Shown piece after piece: positions 8,931 to 18,924 of a stretch of DNA of 64,000 nt (within the stretch, counting starts at the first letter, position 1; the number at the start of each line of letters is the position of its first letter). The notes below the pieces were generated by a model, which saw only the letters and a program-made list of their open reading frames with translations, was not told the origin of the DNA and made no database searches. The stretch lies in the NCBI GenBank assembly GCA_949743955.1, contig CATJVQ010000036.1:8433-72432 (forward strand), written 5' to 3'. Made by a program: the position numbers and the translations under genes. The stretch comes from an uncultured Oscillospiraceae bacterium (GTDB taxonomy: Bacteria > Bacillota > Clostridia > Oscillospirales > Ruminococcaceae).

Positions 8931-11240
8931 CTATGCGACGTAGATTTCGCCGTCCCGCACAGTTACGCGGATCTCCGCCGGGGGCGCGTCCTGCGTCTGG
9001 ATGACCTGCATACAGATGCGGTCCTCCACTTCCTTGCGGATGACGCGTGTGATGTCCCGCGCGCCGCTCTGCTTGCCGAAGGAACGCTTTGCCACCTCGG
9101 CGAGGACTTCGCCTGTATAGGAGAGCGCGATACCGCGCTCGGCGAGCGGCCCTTTCAGTTCCTCCAGCAGAAGCCCCGCAATACGCTGATAGTCCGTTTC
9201 GTCAAGCGGACGGAAGACGACTATCTCGTCCACACGCCCCAGAAACTCGGGGCGCAGAAATTCCTTGAGGGATTTCATCGCCCGGTCCTGCGACACCTGC
9301 TGCGGCTCACGGCTGAAGCCGATGTTCAGATCCTTTCGCTCTGTCCCGGCGTTGGAGGTCATGACAATCACGGTGTTTTCAAACGAGACAGCGCGTCCCT
9401 GCGCGTCCGTGACCTTGCCCTCGTCGAGAATCTGGAGCAGGATATTCATCACGTCCGGATGCGCTTTCTCAATCTCATCGAAGAGGACAACCGAATACGG
9501 GCGGCGGCGGACCTTTTCCGTGAGCTGGCCGGCCTCATCGTAGCCGACGTAGCCGGGGGGCGAGCCGATAATGCGCGAGACGGAGTGCTTCTCCATAAAC
9601 TCGGACATATCCAGCCGGATGAGCGGATCCTGATCGTCGAAGATCTGGCGGCTGAGGACCTTGACAAGCTCTGTCTTGCCCACACCTGTCGGTCCGACAA
9701 AGATGAACGACGCCGGGCGGCGGCGTGCGGAAAGCTGCACACGTGAACGCATCACGGCGGCGGACACCTTGGCGACCGCCTCCTCCTGCCCAATAATATG
9801 CTTCCCAAGCTCCTCCTCCAGCCCGCAGACGCGCTTATACTCGCTCTCCTGGATCTTGCTGGCGGGAATCCCCGTCCACAACTCAATGACCTTCGCCACA
9901 TCCTCCTCCGTGACAGGGAGGCCGAACACGTTCGGGCGCATTTCGTCAATCTTCTCCTGTGTGCGGATGGCCTCGCTCTTATACTGCGCAAGCTGCTCAT
10001 AGGCGCTCTCGTCGCCGCTGGGCAGGGCCTCTAGGGAATTGATCTCATCCTCAAGCTCCTCGCGGCGCTTTGTCAGCCGGTCGTATTCCCCAATGGCCGT
10101 ATTGCGCATCACGGCGCAGGAACAGCTCTCGTCGAGCAGGTCAATCGCCTTATCCGGCAGGAAACGGTCTGTGATATAGCGCTCGCTGAGCACTGTCATG
10201 CGCCGGAGCACATCGTCGCTCACCGTCACGCGATGGAACTCCTCGTAATGTCCTCTGATGCCGCGCATGACCTCGAGGGTCTCGTCGATATTCAGTTCGT
10301 CCACCGTCACCGGCTGGAAGCGCCTCTCGAGCGCGGCGTCTTTCTCGATGTTCTTGCGGTATTCGCGGAATGTCGTCGCGCCGATGACCTGCACCTCCCC
10401 GCGCGAGAGGGCGGGCTTGAGGATATTCGCCGCGTTCATCGCATTGCCCTCGCTCTCCCCCGCGCCGACGAGGTTGTGGATTTCATCAATAAACAGGATC
10501 ACGTCGCCATGGTCCTTGATTTCTGTAATCAGCCCCTTGACACGGCTCTCAAACTGGCCGCGGAACTGTGTCCCCGCGACAAGCGCCGTCAGATCCAGGA
10601 GGTAGAGCTCCTTCCCTTTTAAGCGGTACGGCACATCTCCGCTCGCCAAGCGCTGCGCGATTCCCTCTGCGATGGCTGTCTTCCCCACGCCCGGCTCGCC
10701 GATGAGACAGGGGTTATTCGTCTGCCGGCGGTTGAGGATCTGCATCACGCGGTAGATCTCCCTGTCCCGCCCCACGACATGATCGATGAGGCCGTCCCGG
10801 GCCTTGCCGGTCAGGTTCTCGCAGTATGTGCTCAGATATTTATGCCGCTTATCCGAGCGCTTATCCTCATAGCGGGGCGGCTTTTCCTTCTTCGCCTTCT
10901 CTCTGTCCTTTTCCCCCGGAGCGGAGCGTGCGCTCCCCTCGCCCGAGGCGGACGGCTTCGGCTGGCCGGAAAACAGATTCTGCAAAAACGGGAACGGCTG
11001 TGCGCCGCCCATCTCAAACCCGTCCTCCGACTCGCCCATGATCTCCATGAGCTGGTTGTTCATCATGTCCAGCTCGTCTTCACTGATGCCCATTTTCTTC
11101 ATCAGGTCGTCCACTGGCTGGATGCCCAGCTCCTTCGCGCACTGCATACACAGGCCCTCGTTGACCGGCTCCCCGTTTTCCATGCGCGTCATAAAAACGA
11201 CCGCGATTCGTTTTTTACATCTCGTACAAAGCATATTCAT
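8931..11240 (-). CDS. ATP-dependent Clp protease ATPase subunit, ClpE-like (N-terminal Zn finger, two AAA+ modules)
   Basis: CxxC...CxxC N-terminus, Walker A GEPGVGKT and GPTGVGKT, FIDEIH, FDEIEKAH, MTSN; no ClpC-type repeat N-domain seen. Confidence 0.9.
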   Translation of the reverse strand: MNMLCTRCKKRIAVVFMTRMENGEPVNEGLCMQCAKELGIQPVDDLMKKMGISEDELDMMNNQLMEIMGESEDGFEMGGAQPFPFLQNLFSGQPKPSASGEGSARSAPGEKDREKAKKEKPPRYEDKRSDKRHKYLSTYCENLTGKARDGLIDHVVGRDREIYRVMQILNRRQTNNPCLIGEPGVGKTAIAEGIAQRLASGDVPYRLKGKELYLLDLTALVAGTQFRGQFESRVKGLITEIKDHGDVILFIDEIHNLVGAGESEGNAMNAANILKPALSRGEVQVIGATTFREYRKNIEKDAALERRFQPVTVDELNIDETLEVMRGIRGHYEEFHRVTVSDDVLRRMTVLSERYITDRFLPDKAIDLLDESCSCAVMRNTAIGEYDRLTKRREELEDEINSLEALPSGDESAYEQLAQYKSEAIRTQEKIDEMRPNVFGLPVTEEDVAKVIELWTGIPASKIQESEYKRVCGLEEELGKHIIGQEEAVAKVSAAVMRSRVQLSARRRPASFIFVGPTGVGKTELVKVLSRQIFDDQDPLIRLDMSEFMEKHSVSRIIGSPPGYVGYDEAGQLTEKVRRRPYSVVLFDEIEKAHPDVMNILLQILDEGKVTDAQGRAVSFENTVIVMTSNAGTERKDLNIGFSREPQQVSQDRAMKSLKEFLRPEFLGRVDEIVVFRPLDETDYQRIAGLLLEELKGPLAERGIALSYTGEVLAEVAKRSFGKQSGARDITRVIRKEVEDRICMQVIQTQDAPPAEIRVTVRDGEIYVA

Positions 11241-11378
11241 AGATTGCTCTCCTCAAAAAACAATCGAAACCTCTCCGGTGTCTATAAAGTTTCGCACCGC
11301 ACAACGGCTTTCTATATTATACACCATCTCTGTGAATGTTCTATGACCAAACCATACAAAAATCGAAAAAAGAGCAGT

Positions 11379-12179
11379 CTATACAAACGCCTTCCCCGTG
11401 CCGGACATCCGGCGCCCCAGACTGGAAAAATCAAAATGCAGCGCCCAGTCGATGGGGTTAAAGCGCAAGAGCTGCCGGAAAATCACCGTCTTCTGGAACA
11501 CAGCGTCCCCGGCCAGCACATACGGGCGGCCGGCTACTGTGACATGTAAGGATCCGCCCGCGAATGTCAGCGCCACATTGATAAGAAGGATGATGACATA
11601 CAGTGTCAGCAGCGCCTCAACCAAGCCCACAGCGCCGCCGAAAATCCGGTTGGCCGGGCCGATGACGGGCAGTTCATTCATCCCCTCGAACACCTGAGCC
11701 AGGCGGCGCACAAAAAACATGGCGGCTCCAAAGATAAGCAGGAACAGCACCGCCCGAATAAACAGGATACACAGCGGCGCCACTGTCTCCGCGATTCCCT
11801 GTGCGACGCTCTGCGCAACGCCCGCTCCGCCGTTCTCCATCATTTCCGCAAGGGAATGCAGCAGATCTTCCCGGTCCATCTCCACCGAGCCGAAGAGAAA
11901 GGACGGGATCTCCTCCACCACCTCCAGCAGTGCCTCCGGCGCGGACTGTCCCATGATGAACTTATCGGAAATCTCCTTTTCCACCCGCGGACGGATCAGA
12001 ATCTGATAGATCCCTGACGCCAGCGGGTTCGAACAGGCCGCCGCTCCGAAGAGCGCGGCGATATACCCCACCAGGCTGATGGCTGTGCATGCAAAGCCGC
12101 GGCCCGCACTGGAGACAACCATCGCCAGAATCAGGATGACAGCGGCCGCGTCATAAATCATAGGAATAATTTCCTGCAT
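11379..12179 (-). CDS. CvpA (colicin V production)-family membrane protein
   Basis: N-terminal TM with GRGF, C-terminal LPVIGPANRIFGGAVGL motif. Confidence 0.7.
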   Translation of the reverse strand: MQEIIPMIYDAAAVILILAMVVSSAGRGFACTAISLVGYIAALFGAAACSNPLASGIYQILIRPRVEKEISDKFIMGQSAPEALLEVVEEIPSFLFGSVEMDREDLLHSLAEMMENGGAGVAQSVAQGIAETVAPLCILFIRAVLFLLIFGAAMFFVRRLAQVFEGMNELPVIGPANRIFGGAVGLVEALLTLYVIILLINVALTFAGGSLHVTVAGRPYVLAGDAVFQKTVIFRQLLRFNPIDWALHFDFSSLGRRMSGTGKAFV

Positions 12180-12199
12180 TACATTCTCCTTTACTGAAA

Positions 12200-13285
12200 C
12201 TACCGGATGATCTGGCGCTGCAGCTGCTCATAAGTCGCAATATACAGATCCTGCCCCAGAGGCAGGATATGCAGCGCGCCGGGAACATTGATTGTCTCCA
12301 GCGGTGTCCCCAGAAGGTCATACCGGTAGACGGCACCCTCGTTCAAATAACAGAAGCCGTCGCCGAAGGCATACAGCTCACCAACCGCGGACTCCGCGTC
12401 CACACGCCCCTGCTCCCGGCAGGATCCGTCAAGCACGACGATCTGACTCGAGCGCATATAGCGCGATCCGCCCAGGACGAGCACCAGATTCTCCCCGCCG
12501 GCCGCGTAGCGCTGGATCTGCCTCCCCTCAAAGTCAAACTCCTCCCGCACACGTCCCGAATCACCCACGCTCTTCACCGACTGATCCGTGATGAGCAGAA
12601 TTGACGACGGACCAAACATCGCCACATACCCGAACTCCTCTGGAAAGTCTTCTTTGAAGACGAGCTTCGGGTTCTGTAAATCGAGCAGGGAGAGCGACGT
12701 GACCACCGCCCCGTTCTCCGCAGAGAGCGAGCAGACAGCCGCGCGCCGCCCATCCGGCGAGAGCGCGAGGGAGACTACCATGCTCGTGGACTGCCAGGTG
12801 AAAATCTCATTGCCGTATTCGTTGTAGACCTTGACCTCCGCGGCGCTCTTGGTCGAAGAGGTCGCGATAGCGAAGGTACCGTTCGCGGCAACGTCTGCGG
12901 CATGGATCGACGAGACAGACTCCCCTGAAAACAGTTCCTTCGACTCGCTCCCCACCTTAAACCGGCTGCCGCCCTGATCATAGACCAGCATCCGCCCGCC
13001 GGATGTGCGCAGGACAGGGGAGGCATAACCATGCTCCATGCGCTGGAGCTCACTCCCCTTGCTGTTATAAACCGAAACAGCCGATTCGTCCATGACCGCT
13101 ATATCCCAGTTCATCGCCTCCATGCGCTGCACCGTGCGCCCTGCCAGTGAGATAGGGAACTGGGTCGATTTCTGCATACTGGCGCGGAAATCGCTGCCGA
13201 ATTCACTGTCCGAGAGCAGACCGAAGCCCGCCACCCCCACGACAACCAGCGCCGAGAGCAGCGTGATACCCAGTATCAGGCGCAT
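12200..13285 (-). CDS. Membrane-anchored beta-propeller protein (DUF5711-like)
   Basis: N-terminal TM then repeated beta-strand units (MLVYDQGG, ALSPDGRR). Frame is open to 13411, so the real start is probably near 13405. Confidence 0.6.
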   Translation of the reverse strand: MRLILGITLLSALVVVGVAGFGLLSDSEFGSDFRASMQKSTQFPISLAGRTVQRMEAMNWDIAVMDESAVSVYNSKGSELQRMEHGYASPVLRTSGGRMLVYDQGGSRFKVGSESKELFSGESVSSIHAADVAANGTFAIATSSTKSAAEVKVYNEYGNEIFTWQSTSMVVSLALSPDGRRAAVCSLSAENGAVVTSLSLLDLQNPKLVFKEDFPEEFGYVAMFGPSSILLITDQSVKSVGDSGRVREEFDFEGRQIQRYAAGGENLVLVLGGSRYMRSSQIVVLDGSCREQGRVDAESAVGELYAFGDGFCYLNEGAVYRYDLLGTPLETINVPGALHILPLGQDLYIATYEQLQRQIIR

Positions 13286-13429
13286 CCGGCGCTCACGCTC
13301 GAGCTTCAGCTTATACCGCTCAAATTCGCTCAGCTTTTTTTTCGGCTTCTTCGGAAAGGGGACTGTCTTCCCCTTCTTTTTTTCGGCCGCCGGTTCCTGT
13401 TTCAGTTTTTTTCACCTTCTTTTATACCG

Positions 13430-14158
13430 TCAGTAAAGCACATCCTCCAGGCACAATCCGTGCGCCGGTGCGGTGGAGCCCGCCCGGGATCGGTCGCGTG
13501 CCGCTAAAACTTCCCTGACAGAGGGGCACTTCCCGTCGTGTACGGCCAGAAGTGTCCCCACCATAATGCGTACCATATGATAGAGGAACCCGTCGCCCGC
13601 GATTTCAAAGAGGACGAGCTCCCCCTCGCGGTATACCCGGCTGGTAAACATCTCCCGCACATGATCTTCCACACCCCCGCCGGCCGCGCAGAACGACGAA
13701 AAGTCGTGCCGCCCCAGAAAGGCGGATGCCTCCCGGTTCAGGCGCTCCTCGTTCAGCGGGCGGGAAATGCGCCACGCCCTGTCCGCCAGAAACGGATCGC
13801 GTACGGCGCTGTTGTGGATGCGGTAGACATACCGCTTCCCCTTACAGGAGTAGCGCGCGTGGAAATCCTCCGGTGCCTCCCGGCAGGCCGTGACTGCCAT
13901 CGCCTCGGGCAGGGCGGCGTTGAGCGCCGGGATCATCCGCTCGCAGGGGATCCGGCAGGCTGTCCGTACGCTCACGCAGAACACGCGCGCATGGACGCCC
14001 GCATCTGTCCGCGAGCAGCACTTGAGGGCGAGCGGTTCCCCCGCCAGCCGCTCAAGGGCGGGCTGGAGCACTCCCTGCACTGTCGGCGCATTCGGCTGGA
14101 TAGCCGATCCGTGGAAAGCTGCGCCGTGAAAACGGAGCGTCAAAAGCAGATTCCGCAT
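13430..14158 (-). CDS. truA: tRNA pseudouridine(38-40) synthase
   Basis: SRTDAGVHA, FHAR, GFLYHMVR, APAHGL; follows ecfT as expected. Confidence 0.95.
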   Translation of the reverse strand: MRNLLLTLRFHGAAFHGSAIQPNAPTVQGVLQPALERLAGEPLALKCCSRTDAGVHARVFCVSVRTACRIPCERMIPALNAALPEAMAVTACREAPEDFHARYSCKGKRYVYRIHNSAVRDPFLADRAWRISRPLNEERLNREASAFLGRHDFSSFCAAGGGVEDHVREMFTSRVYREGELVLFEIAGDGFLYHMVRIMVGTLLAVHDGKCPSVREVLAARDRSRAGSTAPAHGLCLEDVLY

Positions 14159-14161
14159 GCC

Positions 14162-14974
14162 CTAGAACACCACCGGCGCACAATAATTGATGAGTATCGT
14201 CCCCGCAATACAGCATAGCATAAATCCGCAGGCGACAAAGTCGTAATAGCGCAGATGAAGCTGCTTCATCCGTGTGCGCCCCTCCCCGCCGTGGTAGCAG
14301 CGGCACTCCATCGCCAGCGCCAGCTCGTCCGCCCGCCGGAATGCCGAAACGAACAGCGGAATAAGGATGGGCACCAGCGCCTTCGCCCGCTGCATCAGTC
14401 TCCCTGTCTCGAAGTCCGCCCCGCGCGCCTTCTGCGCGGCCATGATTTTATCTGTCTCCTCAATCAAAGTGGGGATAAAGCGCAGAGCGATGGTCATCAT
14501 CATCGCCAGCTCATGGACCGGGACATGCAGGGTCTTCAGCGGGGAGAGCAGCCGCTCAATCGCGTCCGTCAGCGCGATGGGGGAGGTCGTGTACGTGAGC
14601 AGCGACGTCCCCGCGATGAGACAGATGATGCGCACCGCCATGAACACCGCCATACGGATGCCCTCATAGGTGACAGTGATGATCCAGACTCTCAGCACTG
14701 GGCGCCCATCCATAAACAGCATATTGAGCACGGCTGTAAACAGGATGATGGGCACCACCGGCTTAAGGCTCCGGAGGATGAGCTTATACGAAATCCGCGA
14801 AATACCGTAACCCAGAATAAGAAAGAGGATGCCGAGAAGCAGCCCCAAGGGGTTGTCCGCTAGGAACAGCATGATAATATACGCCATCACTAAGAGGATC
14901 TTGACACGGCTGTCCAAACGGTGAATGACCGATTTCCCCGGAAAATACTGCCCGATTGTGATGTCCCTGAGCAC
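14162..14974 (-). CDS. ecfT: ECF transporter transmembrane component
   Basis: DITIGQY, ALRFIPTL, AQKARG, AMECRCY; GTG start at 14974 after AAGGAGG. Confidence 0.93.
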   Translation of the reverse strand: MLRDITIGQYFPGKSVIHRLDSRVKILLVMAYIIMLFLADNPLGLLLGILFLILGYGISRISYKLILRSLKPVVPIILFTAVLNMLFMDGRPVLRVWIITVTYEGIRMAVFMAVRIICLIAGTSLLTYTTSPIALTDAIERLLSPLKTLHVPVHELAMMMTIALRFIPTLIEETDKIMAAQKARGADFETGRLMQRAKALVPILIPLFVSAFRRADELALAMECRCYHGGEGRTRMKQLHLRYYDFVACGFMLCCIAGTILINYCAPVVF

Positions 14975-14975
14975 G

Positions 14976-15836
14976 CTATTTCCCCTCCTTTGCCAAGAGC
15001 GAGAGAAGCTCCGCCTTCGCCTCGTCCATCGTGTAAATCGAGGTGCGCACATCGTACCCCTTCTCCTTAAGGCCCAAAAAGATGCGCGTCACCTGCGGGA
15101 CGGAGAGCCCCATGCCGGAGATTTCATCGGCCCGCTCGAAGACCTCGCGCGTGTCGCCGTAGAGGAACAGGCGAGAACGGTTCATCACCAGCACCCGACC
15201 GCAATAGCGGGCGACATCCTCCATCGAGTGCGAGACAAGCAGCACTGTGTTGTGCATCTGCTCATGGTACTCTCTGAGCTGCCCGAGGATGCGGTCGCGC
15301 CCGCGGGGATCCAAACCGGCGGTCGGTTCGTCGAGGATGAGCACCTTCGGGCGCATCGCCAAAACACCCGCGATGGCAACCCGCCGCTTCTGCCCGCCCG
15401 AGAGCTCAAACGGCGACTTCTCCATGTGCTTCTCCCGCAGCCCCACCGCCGCCGCGGCCTCGAGCACGCGCCGGTTGACTTCGTCCGCGGAGAGGCCCAT
15501 ATTCGTCGGGCCGAAGGCGATATCCTTATACACCGTCTCTTCAAAGAGCTGGTACTCCGGGTACTGGAACACCAGCCCCACCTGAAAGCGGAACTGCCGC
15601 AGCTTCGATTTGTCCGCCCAGAGATCCTCCCCGCCGATGAGGACCCGCCCCTTTGTGGGGGCAAGCAGGCCGTTGAAGTGCTGGATAAGCGTCGATTTAC
15701 CCGATCCCGTGTGGCCGATGACGCCCACGAACGCCCCCTCTTCGATCTCCACGTTCACATCGTCCACGGCTGTCTTCTCAAACGGTGTCCCGGGGGAGTA
15801 GACATAGCTGAGGTGTTCTGTCTGAATCGCTGCCAT
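14976..15836 (-). CDS. ecfA2: ECF transporter ATPase A2
   Basis: GHTGSGKST, LSGGQKRR, LDEP; ATG 15836 overlaps the ecfA1 stop (TAATG). Confidence 0.93.
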   Translation of the reverse strand: MAAIQTEHLSYVYSPGTPFEKTAVDDVNVEIEEGAFVGVIGHTGSGKSTLIQHFNGLLAPTKGRVLIGGEDLWADKSKLRQFRFQVGLVFQYPEYQLFEETVYKDIAFGPTNMGLSADEVNRRVLEAAAAVGLREKHMEKSPFELSGGQKRRVAIAGVLAMRPKVLILDEPTAGLDPRGRDRILGQLREYHEQMHNTVLLVSHSMEDVARYCGRVLVMNRSRLFLYGDTREVFERADEISGMGLSVPQVTRIFLGLKEKGYDVRTSIYTMDEAKAELLSLLAKEGK

Positions 15837-16684
15837 TACCGCCCCTCCATTCGCCGCAGAAAGGCTTCGATAAAATCGTTTTCGTCGAGGATATCGTCCG
15901 GCAGGTTCAACCCCGACGCGCACAGCTCATGGGCGAGCAGTGTCGCCTGCGGGACATCGAGCCCCACTTCGCGCAGAACGTCCACATGCGAGAAGACCTG
16001 CCGGGGCGTACCGTCGAGCAGGAGGCGGCCGTTATCTACGACCACGACACGCCCTGCCTGAGCGGCCTCGTCCATATAGTGTGTGATGAGGACGACTGTA
16101 ATCCCTTCCTCCTCATTAAGCTGGCGGATGGTGCGCATCACCTCACGCCGTCCGCGCGGGTCGAGCATGGCGGTCGGTTCGTCGAGCACGATGCACTCCG
16201 GGCGCATCGCGATGACTCCCGCGATGGCGACACGCTGCTTCTGCCCGCCCGAGAGCTGGTGCGGCGCGTGCTCACGGTAGGCGTACATGTCCACCATCCG
16301 GAGCGCCTCGTCGACCCGGCGGCGGATCTCGGGCGGCTCCACACCCATATTTTCCAGCGCGAACGCCACGTCCTCCTCCACGACTGTCGCCACAATCTGG
16401 TTATCCGGGTTCTGGAACACCATCCCCACCCGCTGCCGGATAGAGAGGAGGTTTTCTTCATCCGCGGTGTCCATGCCGTCCACCGTCACTTTTCCCGACT
16501 GCGGCACGAGAATCGCGTTCAAATGCTTGGCAAGCGTCGACTTGCCCGAACCGTTGTGCCCGAGCACCGCCACAAATTCCCCCGCCCTTATCTGGAGGCT
16601 CATGTCCTCGAGCACCGTGACCGGCTCCATGCCCTCCTCGGCGTCGTAGTGAAAATGGATATGATTCACTTCGATGAATCCCAT
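15836..16684 (-). CDS. ecfA1: ECF transporter ATPase A1
   Basis: GHNGSGKST, FQNPDNQ, LSGGQKQR. Confidence 0.93.
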   Translation of the reverse strand: MGFIEVNHIHFHYDAEEGMEPVTVLEDMSLQIRAGEFVAVLGHNGSGKSTLAKHLNAILVPQSGKVTVDGMDTADEENLLSIRQRVGMVFQNPDNQIVATVVEEDVAFALENMGVEPPEIRRRVDEALRMVDMYAYREHAPHQLSGGQKQRVAIAGVIAMRPECIVLDEPTAMLDPRGRREVMRTIRQLNEEEGITVVLITHYMDEAAQAGRVVVVDNGRLLLDGTPRQVFSHVDVLREVGLDVPQATLLAHELCASGLNLPDDILDENDFIEAFLRRMEGR

Positions 16685-16688
16685 CGGT

Positions 16689-17558
16689 TTACGCCTCCCC
16701 GCTCTGCCAGATAGCCGTGCTGCCGCAGGGAAGGGTGAGCCCCGTGCGCGAGACAGGCAGGCCGATTTCCCCGGCCGACACCCTCCCCCCGAAGCGCTCC
16801 GCCACCGTGACGCCCAGCAGGTACGCCATCACCGACGCGGAGAGCCCCGTGGTATAGCTGTTAAGAACAAAGAACGACGGCCTGTCCGAAAGCACGCCGG
16901 CGGCAAGGGCGCACAGATCGTAGACCTGCTCCTCGAGCTTCCACACCTCGCCCCCCGGGCCGCGCCCGTAGGACGGCGGATCCATGATAATCCCGTCGTA
17001 CCGCACGCCGCGGCGGCGTTCCCGCTCAAGGAACTTGCGGCAATCGTCGACAATCCACCGCACCGGCCGCTCCTGGAGACCACACAAAGACGCGTTCTCT
17101 CTCGCCCAGCCGACCATCCCTTTCGACGCATCTACATGGCACACCCGCGCTCCGGCCGCGGCGCACGCGAGCGTCGCCCCGCCGGTGTAGGCGAAAAGGT
17201 TCAGGACGTTCATCTCCCGCCCCGCGCTTCGGATACGCCGCATCAGCCAATCCCAGTTGACCGCCTGCTCCGGGAAGAGGCCGGTATGCTAAACCCCCGG
17301 GGGGCTGCCCTGGAAGGTCAGCCCCCGCCAGGAGACCGCCCATTCCTCGCGCCGGAGCGAGCGCTTTTCCCAGTGTCCGCCGCCGGAGGAGGATCGGTAG
17401 TAGTGCGCATCGGCGCGCTGCCACTCCTCCCCCTTCGGCGTGTTCCAGATCACCTGCGGGTCGGGGCGGATGAGCACCACGTTCCCCCAGCGCTCCAGCC
17501 GCTCGCCCGACGAGCAGTCAATCAGTTCATAATCCTCAAAGTCCCGAATCGCTCTCAT
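16689..17558 (-). pseudogene. SAM-dependent (RlmI/YwbD-like) methyltransferase interrupted by an in-frame TAG at 17289-17291
   Basis: ORFs 17289-17558 and 16689-17243 share one frame; read-through gives ..PPGV*HTGLFPEQAVNWDW..VLNLFAYTGG..DPP. May be an assembly error. Confidence 0.75.
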
Positions 17559-18912
17559 CGTGTCCCAGTCTCTCCCGAATGGTTGTCGCTATCTCCTCGG
17601 CCGCCGCCGTGATCTCCGCCTTATCCTCACCCTCGACCATTACGCGGATAAGCGGCTCCGTGCCCGAAACGCGCACCAGAATGCGCCCCGCCGCACCGAA
17701 GCGCTGCCGCCAGCGCTCCACGCGCCGGGCGACGCCTTCGTCCAGCTCGAGCTGTGACTTCATCTGCGCGTCGGCGCGAACGTTCACCATCACCTGCGGG
17801 AGCACCTGCATCACATCTGCCAGTTCCCGGAGTGTTTTGCCCGAACGCTTAACCGCGGCGAGCACCTGTAAAGCGGTGAGCTGGCCGTCGCCGGTCGTCA
17901 TGTATTCGCGCAGGATGACATGCCCCGACTGCTCGCCGCCGATAGAGTACCCATTCTTCACCATATTTTCCAGTACATACCGGTCGCCGACCTTCGTCAC
18001 CTCGGCATGGATGCCCTCCCGCTCGCAGAAGCGGTGAAAGCCGAGGTTGCTCATCACTGTCACGACAGCGGTATTCCCCGCGAGCTTCCCCTTTTCCCGC
18101 ATGGCCAGCGACAGAAGCGCGATGATGCGGTCCCCGTCCACGAGCTCTCCCTCGGACGTTACAGCTAGGCAGCGGTCCGCGTCGCCGTCGAAGGCGAAGC
18201 CGCAGGCGTAGTCCCCGCTTTTTACAAAGTCCGCAAGCGCTTCCAGATGAGTGGATCCGCAGCGATCATTGATATTGATCCCGTCCGGCTCATCGTGGAG
18301 CAGTGTCACCTCGGCGCCCAGACGCCGGAACAGCTTCCCCGCCGTGACGCTCGCGCTCCCGTTCGCGCAGTCGAGCGCAACACGGATGCCGGAGAGATCC
18401 CCCTCCACCGTCGAGGCCAGGTGATCGACATAAGCGTCGATGGCCGCCTCATCCCGCTCGACGCGCCCGACACGCCCTCCCCACTGCACCGGAAAGGGAA
18501 CCGTGCGGTCCAGCACGATCTCCTCGATCTCGAACTCTTCATCGTCGCTGAGCTTGAAGCCGTTCGCGCCGAAAATCTTTAGTCCGTTATATTCATAGGA
18601 GTTGTGCGACGCGGAGAGCATGATGCCCGCGTCCGCCCTCAGATGCGTGACCAGATATGCTAGCGCCGGTGTCGGCACCACGCCGACGAGCACACTGTCC
18701 GCCCCGGCGGAGCACAGCCCCGCGGCCACCGCGCTCTCGAGCATGTCGCCCGAGATACGCGTATCCCGCCCGATGAGCACCCGCGGCCGCCTGCCGACGA
18801 TGCGCTGCGCGAGCACCATGTCCAGCGCCCGGCCGATGTCCATCCCCAGTTCGCAGCTCAGCTCCGTGTTGGCGACACCGCGCGCGCCGTCCGTTCCAAA
18901 AATTCTGCCCAA
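17536..18912 (-). CDS. glmM: Phosphoglucosamine mutase
   Basis: FGTDG, SASHN, DGDADR, GGEQSGH, SGTEP motifs. Confidence 0.95.
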   Translation of the reverse strand: MGRIFGTDGARGVANTELSCELGMDIGRALDMVLAQRIVGRRPRVLIGRDTRISGDMLESAVAAGLCSAGADSVLVGVVPTPALAYLVTHLRADAGIMLSASHNSYEYNGLKIFGANGFKLSDDEEFEIEEIVLDRTVPFPVQWGGRVGRVERDEAAIDAYVDHLASTVEGDLSGIRVALDCANGSASVTAGKLFRRLGAEVTLLHDEPDGININDRCGSTHLEALADFVKSGDYACGFAFDGDADRCLAVTSEGELVDGDRIIALLSLAMREKGKLAGNTAVVTVMSNLGFHRFCEREGIHAEVTKVGDRYVLENMVKNGYSIGGEQSGHVILREYMTTGDGQLTALQVLAAVKRSGKTLRELADVMQVLPQVMVNVRADAQMKSQLELDEGVARRVERWRQRFGAAGRILVRVSGTEPLIRVMVEGEDKAEITAAAEEIATTIRERLGHDESDSGL

Positions 18913-18924
18913 AACGCCGCCTCC

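Noticed and set aside
11241-11378. CtsR or CIRCE heat-shock operator upstream of the Clp ATPase
   Set aside because: No GTCAAA direct repeat or CIRCE inverted repeat found by eye.
14925-16061. 378-aa plus-strand ORF
   Set aside because: Antisense to the well-supported ecfA genes.
17289-17291. Pyrrolysine or programmed read-through of the in-frame TAG
   Set aside because: No pyl genes in the window, and the flanking bases look like a compensating indel pair rather than a clean Lys-to-TAG change.
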